Assembly: GCA_963693365.1 (NCBI GenBank)
Contig: CAVNZM010000014.1
Span: forward strand, 6,882,001 to 6,946,000
Direction of reading: 5' to 3'
DNA from: Amoebidium appalachense
Taxonomy: Eukaryota; Protista; Ichthyosporea
DNA: 64,000 nucleotides
Shown: positions 56,878 through 64,000 of the stretch, in pieces
Position numbering within the stretch: position 1 is the stretch's first letter
How the letters are laid out: the number at the start of each line of letters is the position of its first letter
The notes under the pieces: model-generated
The model's database searches: none
The model's input: the letters and a program-made list of their open reading frames with translations, nothing else
What the model was told of the DNA's origin: nothing
Program-made: the position numbers and the translations under genes

Positions 56878-57357
56878 TGTAAACAACTGTACACATGAAC
56901 TGTACATGTTTACTAAAGAATGTGATCTACTAGCACACGATTCGTGCTTTGTCATGAATATCACATAAATATTATGTCCGCACCAATAGGACTCACTCTG
57001 ACCTAAGAATTGAACCATATATGGTTCTTCCGCTGCATACCACATAAACGAAGTGAACCAATAAGAGGTTTGCATAAATAGGACAAAGGTCTGACTGGCT
57101 CGGACCGCACCAGAATCACGAATGGCATGTTGCCACCCGCGCTGGCCGCGGATGAAGCAATCCTGGGCCTTGATCCGAAACCTGGGGGCTATATAACAAA
57201 GCCGTCCCAGTACGGGGATCACATCAGTGAAGTCTGAGACAGACTGAGTCGGCCCATAGTAAAAGCAACCTGGCCGCGTGTGCCTTTCTACCCGTTCTCT
57301 GTCTTTATTTTGATTCAGTTGTACTCTGCCTTATCCTAACTAGTCCAACTGTTTACA
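56878..57357 (+). repeat. 3' LTR
   Basis: 480 bp, preceded by the polypurine tract; about 17 substitutions versus the 5' LTR by eye. Confidence 0.93.
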
Positions 57358-57388
57358 AGTGAGTGAGAGAGAAGAGAGAGAGACAGAC

Positions 57389-57444
<56 letters not shown>

Positions 57445-57467
57445 TGAGTGAGAGAGAAGAGAGAGAG

Positions 57468-57631
<164 letters not shown>

Positions 57632-57949
57632 TCGGGGGGGGGGGGGGGGGGGGGGGGGGGAAGAGTAGGAGGCGGGCGACGAAAAGGGCATGCCCGTGTT
57701 GCAAGCGGTGTGAAAAGCCGTGTCATATTAAGGGATACGGGATCGCGCGGCTCGAATACTTTCTGGCGCCGCTCAGATCGATATCTATCTGGATTGAGTG
57801 GGCTTGATCTGCCTATTGGGCACCTAAGATCGTGTGGCCGAGCTATACCATGTACACACGGCATGCCACACACGTGTCCGGACAAAACTGCGCTGCACAT
57901 TTTTCATGAAGGCGGGTTGTTTTCTAAATATATATGATAGGCACTCACA

Positions 57950-58270
57950 ATGCCAACTTGCGCGGCTAACTACTGCAAAAATGACGAAGAAACAGTCTCT
58001 CCCAAAGATCCTACCAGGAAGATAAAGCTTTTTACTGTTCCATATGGATGCAAACCAAATGTATTGGCTAGGAGGCATGCTTGGTTAAATGCTATAGGCA
58101 GGCAGGAGCAAACAAAGTATGAGCGGAAACAGCTGTTTAGCAATCAGGTGCAGATGTCGATGGTAGGCACCCATTGGATGGTAGCTAAGGCTGTGGCTTT
58201 CTTGTGTAACATGCAAGAGCCACTATATAAGGATATGGTGGGGCCCAGGCACACCAAAAGCATGGTGTAG
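57950..58270 (+). pseudogene. Internally deleted THAP-domain transposase (THAP N-terminus joined to a Harbinger/ISL2EU-like C-terminus)
   Basis: MPTCAANYCKN..LFTVP..RRHAWLNAIGR matches the first part of a THAP finger, but the closing C..HF is missing. The end, VAKAVAFLCNMQEPL, resembles the LcN...PL terminus of DDE_Tnp_4 transposases. No DDE core. Confidence 0.7.
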
Positions 58271-58313
58271 AATTTTCGTTTTCGATTGCCTCTCCCTAAA
58301 GCCCCCTTCTCTG

Positions 58314-58390
<77 letters not shown>

Positions 58391-58596
58391 GGGGGCAAAA
58401 ATATGAATGAATGCTTGCATGTATGTATTCGGCCAGTAGGGCTCCACTTTTCCTGTATAGGAAAATAATAATAATAATTGAAATTATTATGTATTTGTGT
58501 GCCAAGTACAACCTTGAGTCGTTCTCCCCCCCCCCCCCCCTCCCCCCCCCCCCTCCCCCCCCCTTCACACACACACACAACCACGCACACACGGAA

Positions 58597-58695
<99 letters not shown>

Positions 58696-58949
58696 CGGAT
58701 TTGCACACACGCACGCATGCACGCCCCCCCCCCCCCCCACACACACGGGGGGGGGGGGGGGGGGGGGGGGGGGGCGAGGTAGGCACGTATGCAAACACCA
58801 AGGGGGGAGGAGGGACCGGGGGGAGGGGGGGGGGGGGGGGGGGTAGGAAACATATGCAGGCACCAGGGTCTGGTACATTGCTCTCAGATTTGACACACGG
58901 TCTTCATTCATTCATTATAGGTTCACTAGATCGGTCAGAAGATTACTAA

Positions 58950-58980
<31 letters not shown>

Positions 58981-59049
58981 ACACATTATGAAAGATAACG
59001 TAAACAAAAAAAAAAAAAAAAAAAAAAAAAGGAAGGAAGGAAAACAGAA

Positions 59050-61424
59050 TCATTCAGTTGCATTTTCAGTGTTCGTGTTCTTCTTCTTCTTCTTCCTGTT
59101 TTTGTGGTTTTCTGCCCTGTATGATGGATACATTTGCATCATAAACTTTTCATTCCAGGTAAAACTATACTTGTGTCCAGTAGGGTCTATTTGCTGTACA
59201 AATGCACGGAGCCCTACAAGGTCAGGCTTGTATGATTGGGCCAATTCTTCTACACTTGGTCCTACTATCCGCCTCTTTTTCGTACCATCTACATATTGCA
59301 TCTCTATAACCTCTTCACCCTCATCATTACGTGCCCTTTTAGTTTTCACCACGTCTGCAGTTCTGTACTCTTGCACCAACACACGTGCAGGTTTCATTAA
59401 GAGCTCAGGTTTTGCTTCTCCCTTTGGTACTTTCCATTCACATTTTTTGGCCGTACATATGCCCTCAGTAAACTGCCATATCTCTTTCATGGCAATTAGT
59501 GACCAAACCAGACAACTACCATGCGAGCAACCAGCACTGGGACCAATAGTACACACACATTTTACCTCCACTATCTCTTTCACTTTGTTATCTTTCCCCA
59601 CAATGAATTTAACAACACAGAAAAAGAACCCCTTCCGAAACGAGCGTTGCACCATACCCCGCCACCAGAAATGGCAGTCACCCTCCTCACAGCCCTCCGG
59701 AAGATCATGTTTTGGATAGCAAAAGCCAAGTGTGGTTGCATCGTGTATGTATGCGCGGGCGTGTCCCCGCTTTATCGCTTGTGGGTTGTTCCGAGCCACA
59801 AGGACCGTCCCCCCTCCCACCTTCATCGTAACCTTTTTGTGCACGAAATAGTCTTCCAAAACCTGCCGGTCACAAACGGGTATTTCCTTCTGCTGATCAG
59901 CAGGATTGTAATCCCAAATTTCCCCCCCTGCCATATTGTTAATTTCCTGCATCAAAGATTTGTTTTTTGCTTTCAGTTCTTCCGCCCGCAAGCCATCTTC
60001 ATCGAGAATTTTCTCACCTGTGTGTCTATCAACCCGTCCGGTGACGTGTTTGTGCACCCCACCTTGACCATGTTGATCCAAACGTAAATTTTTTTCAAGG
60101 GCCCCTTCGATAAATCTGTAAGCACGCAAACGCCGTGGCGATACCGACTGGGAGCCGCGGGGAATGGGCGTCAAATAGTCCACCACCCAAGCTCGTGTAT
60201 TTGGGTGCCTGTACGTGATTGGCTGGTGCAAAAAAATAATGTTTGCCTTCACGCATGCCCCAACATAATCATCTGGTACTTCCCCCTGCACCCCTTCCTC
60301 CTCCACGTCCATCTCTCCATTCTCCTCCTCTTCCTCCCCCTCCTCCTCTACAGCCCCGTTTTCATACGTTCCATGTTCGTATTCAAGATCCCACCACTCA
60401 ACCTCTTCCTCCACTGCTTCACCTCCTTTCCGTCCGATTTCGACTCTTCCTGCCCGTTCGTCCCCACCCTGCTTGTTTTCTGTGCTTTTAACGGGCTTTT
60501 CCTTCCCTCTTTTCCCCTTTCTGACCCGTTGTATATGCTGGAGCAGATCTGTGAACACAACCCCCGCAGCTACCGGCCTTCCCTCGCGTCCCCAGGCCCG
60601 GCACGCCTCACTTACAGCTGCGTGCAAAGTGCCCATGTCGATTCCCCTGAGCTTTTTCACATAATCACAGCCATTCACAATAGCAAAATAACGCAGTATT
60701 TCTATATCCCATCCGTCGAAGTTGTACTTCGTGCTTCTGGTAAAAACATCGGCGGGGGTTACAATCACTCCGTACAGTTTGGGAATGCGCACCGCATTAG
60801 CGGTCCCAGGGATGACCGCCGCATCCGCAATGCGCAGTTTGTATACAACCCGCGGGATGTTATACAGAAGAAGGTCGGCATCCTCAGTGACAACAGTGTG
60901 TGCCAAACCGGTACGTGCCATATAGGCAAGCTGGGGGTCTGCTTCGTATGGAGCTACTGTGTAATCGACATTCTCATCTTTCAGTCTAGGTGGATGATTG
61001 CATGTAAAACTCTGTTATCTAACTCTGCAGCGCTTCTCCATTTGTTTTTAGTTACCTCCTCCTGTTTCTCTCTTTTTGTGGCTATTTCTTGGCGGGCTTT
61101 GACCACCTTTTCTGCACGGTCGTTATCAACTAGTTTTCCCTCTTTCAATCTGCGCCCATCAAACACATAGTGTGGCTGGACCCCTGCTAGCCTATACGTA
61201 TTAACTTTGGACATAAAGTGATTTGCAATAGCTGCATATGTGTCGTCTGTGACTTTTTTGTCATCTATTTGCTGTTTGGCTACTGTGTCAGCGAAAACTG
61301 AAAAGGACTTGTGGACCTGCACCATCCCGTCAAAAGCAACTACCCCACGTTGCAACTCTGCAGTAACATCTGTGGCTTTTTCGGCACTAATGCCGAGTGC
61401 TGGGAGCAAGCCCTGCACACCCAT
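59050..61424 (-). CDS. Exo1/XPG/FEN1-family 5' nuclease fused to a C-terminal SWIM zinc finger; one frameshift near 60990
   Basis: XPG-N: MGVQGLL (ATG 61424), VAFDG, YVFDG. After the frame change: RLKDENVDYTVAPYEADPQLAYM, VTEDADLL, H3TH NGCDY, FLHQPI. Then CVCTIGPSAGCSHGSCL (SWIM CxC..CxH) and ICTAKKCEWKVP. Intronless. Confidence 0.88.
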
Positions 61425-62489
61425 GGTAAAAGTGCATGTATTCAAAGTAGTTTCTTTTCATGAAAAAAATTCTTTCGGGTTGTGCGCCCTCTGCGTTAAC
61501 GTGCGAACACAAAACTCGTTGTACGGTGTGGGTGCGTAGCAACGCGTTACGTAATCAGGGGAAAAAAATGCGGCGCCAGAAAGAAATCGGGGACCACTCA
61601 AAATCGCCGATCCCGTATCCCTCCATCACTACCAACTTGGTTCCTGGTTCCAACTTGGTTTTAGATTCGAATTCGGCCGCGCATTCTTATCCCACTGATT
61701 GGCTGAATGCGCACCAGTTTTAAAAGGTGATTGGATGACTTGCTCAAACCTCTCTGCCTATCAGAACGCAGATCTGAATTCTCATTCTTCTGATTCGACA
61801 CAAAGGTATCGGTCGGTGTGAGGAGTGTAGAGAATTGAAAATGTCAACACGAAGGTTCCCATGACGCTGACAAGACACCGATAACTAAGATTTACATTTT
61901 ACCTGAATATGAATACCCTGTATATAACACGATTACCTATTCAAAAGTTCAAATATATCTGTATAAATTGTACAATTTTTTTTTAAATATATCTGTATAA
62001 ATTGTACAAAAATTGGAGGGCAAAATCATCTCTGCCTGTACAAACCGCACAGCAATTGGCATACTACACCAAATTCTATTTACATACCGTTGCGTTGGCA
62101 TGGGATTTTTTGCTTTGCTCTCGTTCGCCCACAAACGCCATCGAAACGCCAGACCCTCACGGCCCACCCCGGCTTCATAATCCCAGTTGTGTCTGTCTGT
62201 TATTCGACGTTTACTTGTGCTGTGTGTACCCTCATGTTTTATCTTTGTGCAAGGGCACCAAAATATAAATAGAGTTTAGTGGTATGTGAGAAGAAACGAA
62301 GGAGAAATTTGAGATAGTACTCTAGGTGCACTGCAGGAAAGTACACATGTACAGACAGCTTGGCCCAGCAAAATCCTCCCAAGGGGGTCAAGCAGGCTGT
62401 GTGGATTTTCCACGTGAATACCTACACACTGTGCCACCAAGCGGTACGGGTGGCTGAGGGTTAGAAAGAAACACACAAACAGCTAAGTT

Positions 62490-62885
62490 TGGTCACCCAG
62501 ACACCGTACTGACTGGCCTTTCGTTTCATTCGTAGGCTGCCCTGAGGTGGGATTTTCTTTCATTTAAAGCCAAGCTGACCTCGAGCTGAGTGGTATGGAG
62601 AAACGTAGCTAATAATCACCACTCGTGCTACAAAGAACATCTTCTCAAATTTCTGCAAGAAAACGACGGATATAGGCTCAGTACTGCTCTACAAGCAACA
62701 TGAGTGACACCGGTTCCATGGTAAACCTCGTTCTCTTTCCTTCCTGCAGGAGATTAAAAAATTTTTTGCTCTTCGCTTCTTTTTTTTGTGTTTACAAGAT
62801 TCATTTTTGAGTGATTTTGGGTCTTTATTAGAACACTTTTGAGAGGAGCGGGAGGATTTTTTGTGTGTGCGTGTGTGTGTATGCT

Positions 62886-62931
<46 letters not shown>

Positions 62932-63119
62932 ACGCGTGTGTGTGTGCGTGCGTGTGTGTGTGCGTGTGTGTCTGTGTGTCTGTGTGTGTATGTGTGTCGT
63001 ATGTGTATGTGTGCGGGGGGAGGGGGTGGGGGGAAAGGGGGTTGGATGTGTGTGAGTGGGTGTGTGTGTGCGCGCGCATGTGTGTGCACAAGCGCGTGTG
63101 TTTGTAAATTAGAGTGGGG

Positions 63120-63152
<33 letters not shown>

Positions 63153-63520
63153 GCAACTTGCACCCGCGCAAGTGAGTGAGAGACACACGAAAGGGAGCCG
63201 GAGGGGAGGTGGAGGGGGGAGATGCGGAGAGGGGGGCTTGAGGGGTGTATGTTTGTAGTAAAATGCATGCTAAACGGACCTTATAATTAGTAAATTTATA
63301 CCCGATTCGAAACGGTGCTTGCTTGGTACTCATTCTTGTTACTATAACAGACTCTAAGAGAGTTTGCGCTTGACGCTTTTTCAAAGGTGTTATCTAGCAC
63401 ATCTATTGATATTACTCGATACATGACTTTCCCATTGCACCTTTACTGTCTTTCACAGGTTTGTGTGGTTGATTTCACAGGCAGATATGAAATTCCTTTT
63501 GTTTAGTCATTTGGAGGATG
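62490..63520 (-). pseudogene. Possible decayed PARP/ADP-ribosyltransferase-like gene fragment
   Basis: Minus-strand fragments YRVISIDVLDNT..KKRQAQTL..KFTNYK and KENEVYHGT, interrupted by stops and frameshifts. Confidence 0.3.
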
Positions 63521-64000
63521 ATTAGAAGGTCTAAAACTCAGGGGTCATCGTATCCCCTAATTGGCTAGCTCTTGTTCACATAATACATACATATATATAT
63601 GCATCACACACTGTTATGTTCTAGTTGTCTTTTTCGTCTTCTTTTTTCTAAGTTGTTTCTGGTTAACCTTTTCGTATGAAATGTCATGTAGAAGATGGCA
63701 AAGGAATGTTTAATCGATGTTAAGAATACGACAGCATTCACATAGTTGACCCGGTTGCCCACCCATCCACATACACCGTGCACACACGCGCACATGCACA
63801 TATCTACGTGCCACACATACATCGTATATGCGCACGAGCATGATGCGTTGTGAGCAGATGCCCGATCACACACACACAAAGACCACACCCAAACCCTCAC
63901 ACAGTGTGCCGCATATGCACCCACAAACATCGGCAATCACATACACCCACCCACATCTAAGCACTAAACAAGCACTGGCACACAAACACGTGGTGGACAC

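Larger units (their letters stand above)
53819..57357 (+). mobile_element. Degenerate, internally deleted Ty3/Gypsy-type LTR retrotransposon
   Basis: Two 480-bp LTRs (53819-54298, 56878-57357) bounded by TGTAAACA...TGTTTACA. PBS TGGCGACCGCG at 54300 and [14 protein letters not shown] at 56867-56877. An RT remnant near 56220-56370 reads EEHLGH..AGLKLKGKKCYLFMKEVAF across frame disruptions. Confidence 0.92.
57731..61622. mobile_element. TIR DNA transposon of the PIF/Harbinger-ISL2EU type, non-autonomous deletion derivative, with two convergent genes
   Basis: Perfect 15-bp TIR AGGGATACGGGATCG (57731-57745) / CGATCCCGTATCCCT (61608-61622), plus a subterminal 14-bp inverted match CTTTCTGGCGCCGC (57759-57772) / GCGGCGCCAGAAAG (61570-61583). 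Encloses a THAP ORF (+) and an Exo1-SWIM ORF (-). Confidence 0.85.

Noticed and set aside
53699-57222. Duplicated minus-strand ORF MIPVLGRLCYIAPRF...
   Set aside because: It is simply the two LTR copies read antisense; no domain recognised.
58988-61170. Plus-strand ORFs of 243, 188 and 321 aa
   Set aside because: Antisense shadows of the Exo1-SWIM gene with no recognisable motifs.

Overview
Eukaryotic, intron-rich genomic DNA. The introns are packed with (CA)n/(GT)n, (GA)n and poly-G/poly-C runs, so nearly all short ORFs in the track are noise, and some G/C runs probably carry homopolymer errors. The organism is not identifiable from the sequence; a unicellular opisthokont or other protist is my guess. 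I stitched exons by hand at GT-AG sites. Genes found: a multi-TM GPCR-like gene (163+); a C11orf68/UPF0696 (DUF1917) gene on the minus strand; a head-to-head 21-exon cellular RNA-dependent RNA polymerase (12664-35135, DLDGD) with an NLS, an RRM-like domain and a WG/GW-rich insert resembling an Argonaute hook; mitochondrial uL14; and a 7TM-RGS fusion gene. From 49 to 62 kb lies a transposon cluster: an RNase H-bearing non-LTR remnant, a decayed Gypsy-type LTR element, and a 3.9 kb TIR-bounded ISL2EU/Harbinger-like element. That last element pairs an internally deleted THAP transposase with an Exo1/XPG nuclease-SWIM fusion in place of the usual YqaJ nuclease. The best novelty candidates are this element, the putative Ago-hook RdRP, a tandem array of branch-point/acceptor decoys in an RdRP intron, and the GT...CA intron architecture.
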